Shown here one piece after another: positions 41,395-53,581 of a stretch of DNA of 64,000 bases (its first letter is position 1; each line of letters starts with the position of its first letter). The translations under genes were made by a program, and so were the position numbers. This DNA is from Candidatus Binatia bacterium (GTDB lineage: Bacteria; Desulfobacterota; Binatia; UBA9968; CAXXLF01), in assembly GCA_963664015.2 (NCBI GenBank), contig CAXXLF010000002.1:192001-256000 (forward strand). The letters are read 5' to 3'. The notes under the pieces were generated by a model. It searched no databases. It had not been told where the DNA came from and saw only the letters and a program-made list of their open reading frames with translations.

Positions 41395-44300
41395 GCAAGC
41401 TTATTTCGAACCCTATTGTGGGCCATACCCAGGTAGTCCTGCAGCGCTTGAACTTCCAGCCCATGGGATCGCAGTAGACTGATTCCTTCAATCGCCGCAC
41501 CCGCACCCGACATGGTTGTGAAATAGGGCACCATAAAGTCCAAGGCACTCCGACGAATATAATAGGAATCCGCTTGGGAGTGCGTATCGGTGGGGGTATT
41601 GATGACCATCGCCACTTCGCCGCGCTGTATGGCATCGGCGATATGGGGACTTCCCTCCTGAATCTTATTAACCACATCGGAAGGTATTTTCTGCTGGTGA
41701 AAACTCGCCGCCGTACCCTTGCTAGCGATGAGTTGAAACCCCATGTCGTAGAGCTTCCTGGCAATGGCGGTCGCCTTCTCCTTGTGCTCGTCGCGGACGC
41801 TGATAAACACCTTTCCTTCCAGAGGCAAGCGCATGCCGCTGCCCAGTTGGGCTTTCGCAAAGGCCCGTCCAAATGATGTATCGATCCCCATAACTTCACC
41901 GGTTGACTTCATTTCGGGCCCGAGAAGGGTATCCACGCCGGGAAATTTATTGAAGGGGAAAACCGCCTCTTTAACGGAAATGTGTGCTGGAAAGACCTCC
42001 TCGGTCACACCCAGTTCCCTCAGGCTTTTTCCACCTATAATTCTTGCAGCCAACTTGGCCAACGGCAGACCGACGGCTTTGCTGACGAAGGGAACCGTAC
42101 GAGAAGCCCGGGGATTAACCTCCAAGATAAGGACCTCGCGATCTTTGACCGCAAATTGGACGTTCATCAGTCCCTTCACCTTGAGGGCCCGGGCGAGAGC
42201 CCGGGTCTGGCGTCGGATCTCCTCTTGGATCAAACCATCAATCGAGTAGGGGGGCAGAGCGCAGGCACTATCACCCGAGTGAATTCCGGCTCTCTCTATA
42301 TGTTCCATGATCCCGCCGATGATGACTCGCTCCCCGTCACAGAGGGCATCGACGTCCACTTCCACAGCGTCATCGAGAAACTTGTCGATCAGGACCGGAT
42401 GCTCCGGTGACGCCGCCACCGCGTTTAACACGTAAAGCCTCAGATCATCCTGGTCGTAAACGATATCCATGGCCCGACCCCCGAGGACATAGGAGGGGCG
42501 CACCAGGACTGGGTATCCAATCTGGTTAGCAATCTCCAAAGCCTGCTCATACGAACGGGCGGTTCCGCTCACCGGTTGTTTCAGACCGAGGCGGTTGAGG
42601 AGATCTCTAAATCTGTCCCGATTCTCAGCGAGGTCGATACTGTCTGGCGACGTCCCGATCAACTGTACTCCGGCCTTTTCCAGGGCGAGGGCCAATCTCA
42701 GCGGCGTTTGACCGCCGAACTGGACGATGACGCCGTCGGGTCGTTCCACGTCCGTAATATTCAGGACGTCTTCAAGTGTCAGCGGTTCGAAGTAGAGCTT
42801 GTCTGAAGTGTCGTAGTCGGTGCTAACGGTTTCGGGATTGCAGTTCACCATGATAGTTTCGTAACCGTCTTCCTTTAGTGCAAAGGCAGCGTGTACGCAG
42901 CAGTAGTCGAATTCGATGCCCTGGCCAATCCGATTCGGCCCCCCTCCCAAGATCATAATTTTCTTACGACTGGTTCGATTGGACTCGTCCTCTCCTTCAT
43001 AGCTGGAGTACAGGTAAGGGGTATAGGCGGCAAATTCAGCGGCGCAGGTATCGACTGTCTTGAACCCGGCGCGGATCCCCTTCTCTATCCTAACGGCACG
43101 GACCTCATCCTCGTGCCGGCCCATGAGGAAAGCCATCCGGCGGTCGGAAAAACCCATCTCCTTGGCACGGAGAAGCAATTTGTAGGTGACGGCCCCCCAC
43201 TCTTTCCCGGCACGGCGAAGCTCCTCTTCCATGGTTACAATCTGCCGGATGTGCTCCAGAAACCAGGGATCGATCTTGGCTAGTTCATGGACCTCTTCCA
43301 CAGACATTCCCATTCGGAAGGCATCGGCCAGAAACCACAACCGCTGGGCATTTGGGGTGGTCAATTTTTCGCGTATCAGGGCCTGGTTGTGTTGATCCTT
43401 ACCGGGTTCGCGGTTTACCTTCTCCTCGAAACCATAATTTCCTATCTCCAAGGAACGGATAGCCTTGTGTAGGGATTCCTTGAAAGTGCGCCCGATGGCC
43501 ATAGCCTCACCCACGGATTTCATCTGCGTGGTGAGGATATCCCTGGCCTGGGGAAACTTCTCAAAGGTAAAACGCGGTATTTTTACCACGACGTAATCAA
43601 TGGTCGGTTCAAAGCATGCGGGCGTTTCCCGCGTGATATCATTTGGGATTTCGTCCAGGGTGTAACCCACTGCTAGCTTGGCCGCTATTTTGGCAATAGG
43701 GAACCCAGTTGCCTTGCTGGCGAGGGCCGAACTGCGGGACACTCGCGGGTTCATCTCAATGACAACCAAACGTCCGTCTCCCGGATGCACGGCAAACTGG
43801 ACATTGGAGCCTCCCGTATCCACGCCGATCTCACGGATGATTTTTAATGTTGCGTCACGCATCAACTGGTACTCTTTATCCGTAAGGGTTTGAGCCGGGG
43901 CTACAGTGATAGAGTCCCCCGTATGGACTCCCATGGGATCAAAGTTTTCGATGGTGCATACGATGACGACGTTGTCCTTGTGGTCTCGCATCACCTCCAG
44001 TTCGAACTCTTTCCAACCCAAAACCGATTCTTCGACGAGAAGCTCGTGGACGGGAGAAAGCTTCAAGCCCGAGGAAACTAGCTCGCTGAAATCCTCCGGT
44101 CCGTAGGCAATGCTTCCACCGCTCCCCCCCAGGGTACGTGAGGGGCGGAGAATCACCGGGAATCCGAGCTCCCGTTGAATTGCCTCCGCTTCCTTAACGC
44201 TGTGCGCGCATCCGCTTAGCGGTACATTCAGACCTGCTTTTTGAATGGCATTTTTAAACAGGGCCCGGTCTTCCGCCTTCTTGATGGATTCCAACTTGGC

Positions 44301-44651
44301 CCCGATCATCTCGACGCCATATCGCTCCAGGATCCCATTGTCGGCCAGATCGATAGCGAGGTTTAGAGCCGTTTGCCCTCCGATGGTCGGCAGCAGGGCG
44401 TCAGGGCGTTCCTTACTTATGATCTTCTCGGCCATGTCCAGGGTGATGGGCTCAATGTAGGTTCGATCGGCAAAGTCCGGGTCGGTCATGATTGTTGCAG
44501 GATTGGAGTTGATCAGGATTACACGGTACCCCTCTTCTTTGAGTGCTTTGAGGGCCTGGGTACCGGAATAATCAAATTCGCAGGCCTGTCCGATGACAAT
44601 CGGCCCGGATCCTATAACAAGGATAGTTTTTATATCTGTTCGCTTGGGCAT
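41391..44651 (-). CDS. carB: Carbamoyl-phosphate synthase large subunit
   Basis: [26 protein letters not shown], two ATP-grasp halves, MGS domain. Confidence 0.99.
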   Translation of the reverse strand: MPKRTDIKTILVIGSGPIVIGQACEFDYSGTQALKALKEEGYRVILINSNPATIMTDPDFADRTYIEPITLDMAEKIISKERPDALLPTIGGQTALNLAIDLADNGILERYGVEMIGAKLESIKKAEDRALFKNAIQKAGLNVPLSGCAHSVKEAEAIQRELGFPVILRPSRTLGGSGGSIAYGPEDFSELVSSGLKLSPVHELLVEESVLGWKEFELEVMRDHKDNVVIVCTIENFDPMGVHTGDSITVAPAQTLTDKEYQLMRDATLKIIREIGVDTGGSNVQFAVHPGDGRLVVIEMNPRVSRSSALASKATGFPIAKIAAKLAVGYTLDEIPNDITRETPACFEPTIDYVVVKIPRFTFEKFPQARDILTTQMKSVGEAMAIGRTFKESLHKAIRSLEIGNYGFEEKVNREPGKDQHNQALIREKLTTPNAQRLWFLADAFRMGMSVEEVHELAKIDPWFLEHIRQIVTMEEELRRAGKEWGAVTYKLLLRAKEMGFSDRRMAFLMGRHEDEVRAVRIEKGIRAGFKTVDTCAAEFAAYTPYLYSSYEGEDESNRTSRKKIMILGGGPNRIGQGIEFDYCCVHAAFALKEDGYETIMVNCNPETVSTDYDTSDKLYFEPLTLEDVLNITDVERPDGVIVQFGGQTPLRLALALEKAGVQLIGTSPDSIDLAENRDRFRDLLNRLGLKQPVSGTARSYEQALEIANQIGYPVLVRPSYVLGGRAMDIVYDQDDLRLYVLNAVAASPEHPVLIDKFLDDAVEVDVDALCDGERVIIGGIMEHIERAGIHSGDSACALPPYSIDGLIQEEIRRQTRALARALKVKGLMNVQFAVKDREVLILEVNPRASRTVPFVSKAVGLPLAKLAARIIGGKSLRELGVTEEVFPAHISVKEAVFPFNKFPGVDTLLGPEMKSTGEVMGIDTSFGRAFAKAQLGSGMRLPLEGKVFISVRDEHKEKATAIARKLYDMGFQLIASKGTAASFHQQKIPSDVVNKIQEGSPHIADAIQRGEVAMVINTPTDTHSQADSYYIRRSALDFMVPYFTTMSGAGAAIEGISLLRSHGLEVQALQDYLGMAHNRVRNKLA

Positions 44652-44751
44652 AAGGGCTAAAAACCCCTAGGATCCTCACCTCTAAGGATAGTACGTAAAA
44701 TATCAATTAACACTTTCATTGCAATGTCATAAGTTACTATAACCAAAAGGG

Positions 44752-45876
44752 TTACTGTTCTAAAGGTTTCCCTTTCATTAACTCCAGGAACCTACGAAAG
44801 AGATAGCTTGCGTCATGGGGACCAGGAGAGGACTCAGGGTGATACTGGACTGAAAATATGGGTAGATCCTTGTGAGCCAATCCCTCCACCGTGCAGTCAT
44901 TTAAGTTGACATGGGTAACCATGGCTGTCCCTTCCAACGAATGGGCATCCAAAGCAAATCCGTGGTTCTGTACGGTAATCTCTACTTTCCGGGTTGTAAG
45001 ATCCATGACCGGTTGATTGCCGCCATGATGGCCGAATTTGAGCTTAAAGGTCGTGCCCCCTAGGGCCAGGCCGAGTATCTGGTGGCCCAAACAAATACCG
45101 AAAATGGGTTTCTTGCCGATGAGCTTACCCACAATCTCTCTTGCATAGGGTACCGCATCGGGATCACCGGGACCGTTGGAGAGGAAGATGCCGTCGGGAT
45201 TCCACCCAAGGACTTCCTCCGCCGGTGTCGATGCCGGGACCACATTGACCCGACACCCCGACTCGACAAGATTCCTGAGAATCGTGCTTTTGATTCCGTA
45301 GTCATAGGCAACCACAAAGAAATCCGAACGTTGTGCGTAGGGGTACCCCTTGCCTAACTCCCAGGTCCCATTTTCCCAGACGTAGGGCGACTGACAGGTC
45401 ACTTCCCGAACCAGATCCCTTCCCACGAGGCCGGGAGAGGCCTTGGCCATAGCAACGAGTTCTTCCGAACTGCGATCGAGTGTCGAGATGATCCCCTCCT
45501 GGGCACCATGATCTCGAATATGTCGGACCAGTGAGCGAGTATCGATTTCTTCAATGCCCACAATCCCGTGCTCACCCATATACTCATGCAACGGTCGGGC
45601 GGATCTCCAGCTACTGGGGATAGGGCAGTACTCCTTAACGATAAATCCGCCCATAAAGGGTTTCCGAGACTCGACGTCTTCTAAATTGACACCCACATTA
45701 CCGATCTCCGGACAGGTCATGGCCACCATCTGTCCCTGGTAGGAAGGGTCCGTGAGTATCTCCTGGTAGCCGGTCATGCTCGTATTGAAGACGACCTCAC
45801 CTCGTGCCTCCCCCTCACCGCCAAAAGACCGCCCCGTATAGGTCCGCCCATCAGCCAATGCCAGCATCGCCTTCAT
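44752..45876 (-). CDS. carA: Carbamoyl-phosphate synthase small subunit
   Basis: [35 protein letters not shown]. Confidence 0.98.
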   Translation of the reverse strand: MKAMLALADGRTYTGRSFGGEGEARGEVVFNTSMTGYQEILTDPSYQGQMVAMTCPEIGNVGVNLEDVESRKPFMGGFIVKEYCPIPSSWRSARPLHEYMGEHGIVGIEEIDTRSLVRHIRDHGAQEGIISTLDRSSEELVAMAKASPGLVGRDLVREVTCQSPYVWENGTWELGKGYPYAQRSDFFVVAYDYGIKSTILRNLVESGCRVNVVPASTPAEEVLGWNPDGIFLSNGPGDPDAVPYAREIVGKLIGKKPIFGICLGHQILGLALGGTTFKLKFGHHGGNQPVMDLTTRKVEITVQNHGFALDAHSLEGTAMVTHVNLNDCTVEGLAHKDLPIFSVQYHPESSPGPHDASYLFRRFLELMKGKPLEQ

Positions 45877-47831
45877 CTGACAACGTTATCCTTACCGGGC
45901 TTCGTTGGATTGATGAGCGAATAGATAACCACTTTGTCCCGTTCCCCCTTTTCGACCTCCCGGAGTTTAACTCGAACCCTTTCCCGTTGCGAACTGGGAA
46001 TATTCTTGCCGATGTAGTTAGGCTTGACCGGAACCTCTCGATGGCCCCGATCAATCAAGACGGCCAGACGTACCGATTCTGGGCGGCCGGATTTGAAAAC
46101 TATACTGAGCGCTCTCTTCACGGTTCTGCCCGTATGGATCACGTCATCGACAAGCACGACGGAGCGACCCTGGAGGTTAATTGGCGCACCGTCGGAATCC
46201 ATTATGGAAGGCCCCGATGGTTCCTCGCCCGTGGCACTATAGACCTCAACCTCCCCCATTTCGATATTTCGCCCCTCACGCTCCTCCATCCGTGCGGCAA
46301 CCCGCTTGGCAATGTATACTCCCTTGGTGCGTATGCCGAGCACAAGTAGACGGTTCAAGTCCTTTGTCTCGCTCTGGATTTCCTCGGTCATTTTATCGAT
46401 AGCTGCCTGGATTTCACTTTCGTCCATAACGCTACGTTGAGGTCCGCTCTTATAGGGTTCATACCCCAGCTCTTCGGCCTGTTTGATGGAGTCGAATACG
46501 GAAAGCTCGCCGAGCCCGATCCAACTACGCGCGGTTTCCTCGAGCATGAGGTCGTAGGAACAATACCGTTTGGATTTGGAATGGCCGATGAGACGAATCT
46601 TGAGTTGATGATCACAATAGAGGCAGCGAAGGAACAGACCGCTTACCGGACTCGTAAAGAGGATCTCGAATCCAGCCTGCGTGGAGCCGGGCTCGTTGTG
46701 AGTCACACAATTGGCGTTGGTACATCGAGGGCCCGATGGTTCCGGGCTCTGGTAAAGAGCAAGCTTAACTGCCGGCCTCTTTGACTTCCCTGCGCCGAAC
46801 CGGTCCAGTAGGAATTTGATTAGCGCCATGCGAACCGGAACCCCATAGGCGGCTTGCTTGAAATAAATCCCCCGCGGGTCCTTATCGACCTCCGGGGCAA
46901 GCTCGTCCACCCGTGGCAATGGATGCATCACCAGCGTTTCCTTGAAGCCCTTGGCCTTGAGGAACCTCTCGTCAATTCTGGGGTAGTCGGATTGGCCTTC
47001 CGTTGTCTCCTGGGACCCCCGCTCCTTCTGTTGCCTCGTGACGTAGAAGGCATCCAACTTGCGCCCCGTTGCCATCTGGTTCAAACGGTTATGGATCTCC
47101 GTGTTGGCTTGGGTAAATAACGCTAGTTGATGGGGTTGACTGGGAGAAAGGTACACGGCATCTGTCGAGGTGACTACGGTTTTGAGATCGTCCGATATGA
47201 CAGGGATTGGACTATAGTGAAATTGGGTGTCCAGCCTTTCAATCACGTACTGAGGGATCTCCATCCCCGGGGCTGCCAGAATGATGACATGGGCGCCGAA
47301 TCGGGCCAGCGCGTAAACCAGCGAATGAATGGTTCGCCCGTGCTTCATATCTCCGCAGATGACCACTGTCAGACCGTTAAGTTTCCCCTTTTCTTTTCTA
47401 AGGGTATAGAGATCGCAGAGGGTTTGAGTGGGATGCTCATGGCTCCCGTCGCCGGCATTGATTATCGGGACATCGGCATGTTCCGCCATGGCTTTCACGG
47501 CGCCATCCCAATAATGCCGGATCACAAGGAGATCCGCATAACTGGACACTACCTTGGCCGTATCCGCTATGCTTTCTCCTTTAGTCGCTGACGAAGACTT
47601 CATATCGGGACAGCTGATAACGGCGCCGCCCAAGCGGTGCATGGCTGACTCGAAGGAAAGTCGAGTCCGGGTGCTGGGTTCATAGAAAAGCGTGGCCATG
47701 ATCTTTCCCATCTCCATGGTGTGTGCCACCCGCCCGGAATCGGTCGGGTTCATCTCGTCAGCCAGGGAAAAAATTTCTTCAATTTCCTGGTTGGAAAGAT
47801 CGGCAATGGTTATGAGATCCCGTCGGTCCAT
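45873..47831 (-). CDS. pyrB: Aspartate carbamoyltransferase fused to a PyrI zinc domain and a C-terminal PyrR-like phosphoribosyltransferase domain
   Basis: [32 protein letters not shown] (PyrB); CTNANC...CLYC (PyrI Zn domain); [30 protein letters not shown] (PyrR-like). Confidence 0.92.
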   Translation of the reverse strand: MDRRDLITIADLSNQEIEEIFSLADEMNPTDSGRVAHTMEMGKIMATLFYEPSTRTRLSFESAMHRLGGAVISCPDMKSSSATKGESIADTAKVVSSYADLLVIRHYWDGAVKAMAEHADVPIINAGDGSHEHPTQTLCDLYTLRKEKGKLNGLTVVICGDMKHGRTIHSLVYALARFGAHVIILAAPGMEIPQYVIERLDTQFHYSPIPVISDDLKTVVTSTDAVYLSPSQPHQLALFTQANTEIHNRLNQMATGRKLDAFYVTRQQKERGSQETTEGQSDYPRIDERFLKAKGFKETLVMHPLPRVDELAPEVDKDPRGIYFKQAAYGVPVRMALIKFLLDRFGAGKSKRPAVKLALYQSPEPSGPRCTNANCVTHNEPGSTQAGFEILFTSPVSGLFLRCLYCDHQLKIRLIGHSKSKRYCSYDLMLEETARSWIGLGELSVFDSIKQAEELGYEPYKSGPQRSVMDESEIQAAIDKMTEEIQSETKDLNRLLVLGIRTKGVYIAKRVAARMEEREGRNIEMGEVEVYSATGEEPSGPSIMDSDGAPINLQGRSVVLVDDVIHTGRTVKRALSIVFKSGRPESVRLAVLIDRGHREVPVKPNYIGKNIPSSQRERVRVKLREVEKGERDKVVIYSLINPTKPGKDNVVR

Positions 47832-47840
47832 TGAACTCCT

Positions 47841-48413
47841 CTAAGATTGACTCGGTGGCCGCACCTTCCGGGGCTGGTCCCCTCCCACGACAACCCGGTC
47901 GATTCCGTCCGCTTCGCGAAACAACACATTGACCCGTTGGCCCTCCGAAACGCGGACATTCTTCCCTACGATGTCTGCCTTAATGGGCAACTCCCTGTCC
48001 CCACGGTCAACCAGAACCGCGACGAGAATTTTTATCGGATTTCCCATTTGAGTGATCAGATCGAGCGCTACCCGGGTGGTCCGCCCCGTGTAGATCACAT
48101 CGTCTACTAGAAAAACGACCCGGTCATCTAGGGAAAACGGAAACGAAATAGGGGATTGGAGCCCCGTACCCACGTCTCTTGCCAGGTCGTCCCGGAATGA
48201 CGTCACATCCATACTTTCCACGGCAATTACGCTAGAATTTAAGGCTTCTATCCGTTGCGCGATCCGCTTCACCAGATAGCCGCCTCGGGTTTCGATACCC
48301 ACGACGGCGAAGTTCTGCCCTTTCTCAATCTGCTCGAGGATCTCATGGGCCATGCGGGTGATCGCCCGCTCCATATCCTCACCCTCTAAAAGGATCTCTT
48401 CTTGGTTTTCCAT
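47841..48413 (-). CDS. pyrR: Pyrimidine operon regulator / uracil phosphoribosyltransferase PyrR
   Basis: RAITRMAHEILE, VGIETRG, SFRDDL, LVDDVIYTGRT, DRGDRELPIKADIVG; probable ATG at 48413. Confidence 0.9.
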   Translation of the reverse strand: MENQEEILLEGEDMERAITRMAHEILEQIEKGQNFAVVGIETRGGYLVKRIAQRIEALNSSVIAVESMDVTSFRDDLARDVGTGLQSPISFPFSLDDRVVFLVDDVIYTGRTTRVALDLITQMGNPIKILVAVLVDRGDRELPIKADIVGKNVRVSEGQRVNVLFREADGIDRVVVGGDQPRKVRPPSQS

Positions 48414-48426
48414 AAATATACTAGGC

Positions 48427-48460
48427 AAAAAAAGACCCCAACGGGATTACCGCCAGGGTC
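48427..48460 (-). terminator. Intrinsic terminator (attenuator) in the pyr leader
   Basis: Minus strand GACCCTGGCGG-TAATC-CCGTTGGGGTC followed by 7 T, just upstream of pyrR. Confidence 0.8.
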
Positions 48461-48515
48461 ATTTTGAAGACAAGGTGAATGAATATTATAGAATTTATAC
48501 TTATGAATCATCGTA

Positions 48516-48550
48516 TCCCTTCCCAACCTCACTGGATTGGTTTTAAAGGA
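48516..48550 (-). promoter_or_regulatory. PyrR-binding loop RNA element
   Basis: Minus strand CCUUUAAAACCAAUCCAGUGAGGUUGGGAAGG contains CUUUAA and the ARUCCNGNGAGGYU consensus. Confidence 0.85.
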
Positions 48551-48558
48551 CCATCATT

Positions 48559-48587
48559 TGTATATTCCCTACCCGGTTGGATGTCAA
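48559..48587 (-). promoter_or_regulatory. Putative sigma70 promoter of the pyr operon
   Basis: Minus strand TTGACA, 17 bp, TATACA just upstream of the PyrR loop. Confidence 0.55.
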
Positions 48588-48699
48588 GGTCCGCATTTCA
48601 AGACCTTGACCGCCAACCGGGGCTATAGTAAAAGGCCCCTTTGGACCGAAGGCCTCATGTTTAAAGACTAATCGAACTATCCCAATTGGAGGTACCATT

Positions 48700-49794
48700 A
48701 TGAACTTAATGAAAGGATTGGGAGCAATCCTGAGCATTGCCTTTTTGACGGTTACGCTTGGTTTTACTCCAACCATCACAGAAGCTGCTTCATTACGTGA
48801 TCAAATGATCGCCAAGGCCAAGTAAGGAAGGCCAGTTCGTCGTGGCTGGCAACAACGCCCACAACTTCCGCGACGAGTTCAAAGGGTTTAAGAGGAAATA
48901 CCCGTTTATCACCGTTAAAGCCTTAACGGCCGACACCGGCGACACCATTAACCGGAGCTCCGCCGAAGCAAAGGCAGATAAGCTTAGCCTTGATTTGCCC
49001 GCTATCAGCAGCGACGGCTTGGAATTACTCGCCAAGGCTATCTTCGTAGACAAGATGGAGTTTCCGCGCCTGAAGGACTTTGCAGAGGGGACCAAACCGC
49101 GTAGTGGAATCTATGTGCAAGCTTTTTTTAACTCAAGGGTACAAGGCCTCTACAATACAAAGATAATCAAACCAAGTGAAGCACCCAAGTCCTGGGAAGA
49201 CATGGTGGATCCCAAATGGACCGGGAAGACCATGCTTTCTCGCTCTTCCGAGGACCTTCCTGCACAGCTGACCTATCTTTGGGCCAAGGGTGGGAAGCTG
49301 AACTGGGAGCGTGCCTTCGACCTGTTCAGAAAGTTGTAGTCCCATAATCCTGTTATTGGACGCGGGTACAGCGGCGGTGCGCAGAGGGTTGCCGCAGGCG
49401 AGGTGCCATCTTCTGGTTTTGCCCTGCTACTCTTCCTGCACTGTTAAACCTGGAAAAAGGGGCTCCTGTAAGCCTCATCGCGTTGACCAAGTACTTCGGC
49501 GGCCTGCGATCTTGGAGCGTATTTAAGGATGCTCCCCATCCGGTTTCGGCCTGGCTGTTGATGGCATACATCACTTCCCCCCAGGGGCAATTTGAATTTA
49601 CCGACAAGGTGGCCGGCTTTATCCCGCTGAACCGGAAGGCCAAAACGGGCGCGTTGGCGCAATGGATGGTTGATCGTGGCGGCAAGGTCGAGAATATGGA
49701 CTTGATAGATCTGAGTAACTTGAAGGAGATTTATTCTGACGAGATCCAGAAAAAACAGGAGGGGTTCTTCTTCAAGCTTTTGGGCCTCAGGTAA
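48700..49794 (+). pseudogene. Fe(III)/polyamine-type ABC substrate-binding protein, disrupted
   Basis: Signal peptide MNLMKGLGAILSIAFL..., AKAK then stop/frameshift near 48823, APKSWEDMVDPKWTGK, TAG at 49337, APHPVSAWLLMAYITSPQGQ. Confidence 0.8.
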
Positions 49795-49869
49795 CGACTT
49801 TTTTACCCCTGTCATTCGGAAGTGGGGTGGGCCGTGTAAGCTAAAAACTTGCTGAAGGCCAATTGGAGA

Positions 49870-51629
49870 ATGGAAGCTACTGTTAATATACAGGCCTTCC
49901 GCGCCATGCGGTGGCTCGGTCTCGATGGCAAGCGCCTTGTTTTCTGGAGCTTGACCCTAATCTTAGGTGTCTTCGTCTTGGTTCCCCTGAGCCTTTTGGT
50001 CTTGAACAGCCTGGGCATGTAGGTATAGGGGAACTGGGTTTTGGCCTGAGCAATTTCAACCTCGGCAACTACATCGAAGCCTACTCCAATCCGTCGACCT
50101 TCAAAATGCTCCTGAACTCGTTCCTGTTTGCTTTTGGATCGATAGGGGTCCCGTCTTCTTCGGGGGGACTTTGGCATTTTTGTCCGAGCGTACTAATTTT
50201 CGCTGGCGTGCGCTCATCCCCTTATTGGTCATGGTCCCCCTCATCATGCCTTCCGTGGTGAAGGGAACCGCCTGGATTTTTCTTCTCTCGCCCAGGATCG
50301 GCTTGCTCAACATGGCCGGGATGTCCCTGGGCTTCGAGTCACCCTTGTTCAGCGCCTACTCCCTACCCGCCATGATCTGGGTGGAAGGGATCAGCATGAG
50401 CACCCTCGCCTTTCTTTTGGTTGGGGCCACTCTACGGCAGATGGATCCGTCCTTGGAAGAGGCTGGCTTCGGAAGTGGAGCGTCGTCAGGGACGGTGTTG
50501 ACTCGGGTGACCCTCCCCCTGATGGCACCCGGGCTTGCAGGCGTAGCGACTCTGCTGTTTATCCGAGGGCTCGAGACCTTTGAAGGGCCTATGTTATTGA
50601 GGTTCAGCAATGGTATATTTGTGTTCAGCACCAACATTTACTACTCCCTGCGTACCTCCCTCCCTCCCAACTATGGGCTGGGGTTTGCCTACAGCATGAC
50701 GTTGGTGGTGATGACTCTGGGGGCGCTTATCATTTACCAAAGCAGTTCAAGCGTTCCGAGCAGTACACGGTCGTTACGGGAAAAGGGTACCGCCCTCGGA
50801 CCATCGGCCTGGGCTCATGGCGCTATCAGGCCTGGGGCTTTGTGGGATTTTACCTGATATTCGCTATCTTGTTACCGCTCTTTATTTTGATCTGGGGATC
50901 CTTGCTGCCTTATTATAAACCGCCTTCTGCAGTGGGCCTATCTCTAGTGAGTTTGGAAAACTACAGGGAACTCTTCGAATCTGAAAGCCTAGTGCCTGTG
51001 ATCATGAACACAATCATCTTGGGTGGGGTGAGCAGCGTTACCATCATGTTTCTTTCGGTACTGTCATCGTGGTTCATTTACCGGACTGACATTCGCGGCC
51101 GCAAGGTGCTCGATTTTATAGTGTTTCTGCCCTATGCGGTCTCCAGGCTTGCCGTAGGGGTGGCCTTTATGATCGTTTCCCTCTCCTTTCCCAACCCGAT
51201 CATAATACCATCTGGATAATTGTACTGGCGTAAATCGTAAACTATCTACCCATCGGTACACGATTTACCAATGCGGCCATCGTACAGGTCCATAAGGAGT
51301 TGGAAGAGGCGGCCATGGCCAGCGGGGCCGGTTTTTTGACCAGGGTACTGCGAATTTGGATGCCTTTGTTGCCCCCCGCCTTGATCAACGGTTTTCTTTT
51401 TGTCTTTATTCTGAGTTTTAAGATTATGTCCATCGCCACTCTGCTCCAGAGCTCTGACAATATGGTGTTGGCGGTGTTTTTATGGCGTCTTTGGGACACC
51501 GGAGATTCGGGCCAGGCCGCAGCGCTAGCGGTACTGATGATCGTTGTTTTGGGCACCTTGACGTCATTAGCCCGCTATTTCACCCGTAGCACTTCCGCTT
51601 TCAAAGAGATCTCAGACGAATCGGGTTGA
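49870..51629 (+). pseudogene. Fe(III)-type ABC permease (two-repeat), disrupted
   Basis: ERTN, MDPSLEEAG, GKGYRP, ELEEAAMASGA fragments in different frames. Confidence 0.8.
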
Positions 51630-51708
51630 TAGGACACCAAGTCATCCCTTTCTCTTTCTAAATTGTGATCGAATTTGGTAAGGCGAAAGATAGAGCACGG
51701 AAAGTGGA

Positions 51709-52452
51709 TCAGTAATGCTCGCCCTCTTTGAGTGTCTTGATGGAGGCACGAATCCGGGCAGGAGACTTCACTTTGTGTTTATACAGGAGGAAGGGCCAGG
51801 CACGATAGGGATTTTCCAACCTCGCTTCGACCCGACCTCTTTCCGCGTCCGCAAAGGGTTTGGGAGTCGTGAAGCTCATGAGAAAGAGCTGGTCTTCGCA
51901 GGCTCGCTCCAGTTGAATTGCCGTAATAGAGGTCCCCTCCACACCCGGTCCACCCACGACGATTCCGTGTCCCTTTAGAAACATCGCGTAGTGTTTTCCC
52001 AGGGCCTTTGCCATCAGCTCGGCCAATCCTTCATTGTTGATACCTTTGCTATTGGGGAAGATCGGCACACCATCAGCAAACATCCTCGCCTCGCGGTTAA
52101 ACGGGATCAATCCCTGTTCCTGCAGTCCCATAAGGATCGAGTAGCGGGCATGGCAATGAAGAACGCTTCCGATGTCGGGCCGGTTGCGATAAGTTGCAGT
52201 GTGGATCGGAGTTTCAGAGGGGAGCGGTCCCTTGCCGGCGATCCGTTTGCCCCCAAAGTTGACGGTGCAAATATCTTTAGGGGTAGCTAAAACCCCGGGA
52301 AACCGGGGATTGATCAAGAAGGTCTCTGTTCCCGGGATCCTAACACTCAGATGGCCCGACCCGGTTAGGATTCCCTCACCTGTCAATACCTTCAATCCTT
52401 CCACCAAACGTTCTTTTAAACTGGAGACACTGGTCTTTTTCACTGAAGCCAT
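51709..52452 (-). CDS. Class II aldolase/adducin family protein
   Basis: SGHLSVR, PSETPIH, VLHCH, FLKGHG. Confidence 0.9.
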   Translation of the reverse strand: MASVKKTSVSSLKERLVEGLKVLTGEGILTGSGHLSVRIPGTETFLINPRFPGVLATPKDICTVNFGGKRIAGKGPLPSETPIHTATYRNRPDIGSVLHCHARYSILMGLQEQGLIPFNREARMFADGVPIFPNSKGINNEGLAELMAKALGKHYAMFLKGHGIVVGGPGVEGTSITAIQLERACEDQLFLMSFTTPKPFADAERGRVEARLENPYRAWPFLLYKHKVKSPARIRASIKTLKEGEHY

Positions 52453-52599
52453 AGGTTTAAATCCCCATTCTAAATTGTCTTAACACAATGGGACAGCGTC
52501 TATTGAACTTCCTCTCAGGCGACGCTCCCCAAAGATCAGTTATAAGCGTAAACGTTTCGTATTCTTAGTGTCAAGTTCGGAGGTCGATAGGTCCCCGAT

Positions 52600-53409
52600 C
52601 TAATCCTGCCCGAGAACGAAGTAACGATAAACAATATCGTGGCGCGTTTCGTGGTTGTCCCATCTGAACCTGGCCGCCGCCATGGCCTTGCGTTGAAGTT
52701 CCTGTGTGGTGCAGTATTTCCTTAGAATATTTTCGCAGATGTCGCCGTGCTCGTCATTGGCGTTACCGTGAACGGTATAAAATTCCAGAGCGGACTCGGG
52801 AAGGCCGTAGAATTTCTTTAGTGCTTCTCCCTCACCCATGAGTTTCCGATCTCCGTGTTCTTCTTTAGGAGTATAACGCCGCCACATCTGGCCTTCCGTA
52901 GCGTAGGTCGAGGCCAGTCCCTCCAGCCAGCCATGGTGCTTCGCAAAACTGAAGATCGCGTCAACCGTATACCGATATGCGGGTACCACGTCGCTAAAAC
53001 TCGCTAGCTCATCCCTGGAGATCCCAAGTCCCTCGGCTACCTTGACCCACATTTCGTAGTGTGCACCCAGTTCCCCCCCAAAGAGGTCCTGGCCCTCTTC
53101 GTCGATATATTTTCTCATCAAGAGTCTCCTGGCATCGGAAATAGGACAATTGGCGATAATCTGAGCATCCTTTCGATTGATGTTGGCAAGAAAATAGTAA
53201 CGGTTCTTCACGTACTCAACCACGGCCTTTTTTGATACGCTGCCCCCTGCCAGGGCAATATTCCACGGATGGGGTTGCTTGATTCGACCTTCCTTGACGT
53301 ATCGTCTGCGTTCCAGCCATATATTGGCAATAAACTCGGCCGGTGCCAGTCCAGGGGTTCCTTCTTCAAGTTGTAGATCCGAAGACATGGTAAGCACAAC
53401 GTTTTCCAT
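52600..53409 (-). CDS. PqqC/CADD-like heme-oxygenase-fold (iron-containing redox) protein
   Basis: PqqC-like HPW...NRYY...KDA.IIANCP...RR...VVPAYRYTVDA; candidate metal ligands DEEG, GAH, ATE, HGNANDEH. Confidence 0.8.
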   Translation of the reverse strand: MENVVLTMSSDLQLEEGTPGLAPAEFIANIWLERRRYVKEGRIKQPHPWNIALAGGSVSKKAVVEYVKNRYYFLANINRKDAQIIANCPISDARRLLMRKYIDEEGQDLFGGELGAHYEMWVKVAEGLGISRDELASFSDVVPAYRYTVDAIFSFAKHHGWLEGLASTYATEGQMWRRYTPKEEHGDRKLMGEGEALKKFYGLPESALEFYTVHGNANDEHGDICENILRKYCTTQELQRKAMAAARFRWDNHETRHDIVYRYFVLGQD

Positions 53410-53581
53410 CGGTTACCCTCCAGTTTCAACTGTGTGTATATTTCGCCCTTCGTTAGCGTAATGTCAAGGGACTCTAAACTCTTGACTCACTTTGTTTCGC
53501 ATGATAGCGCTACCTACAAGTATCCAAAAAGATTAAGAGAATCATTGTAATACATTACCTTATTTAAAGGAGGGATAGTCT

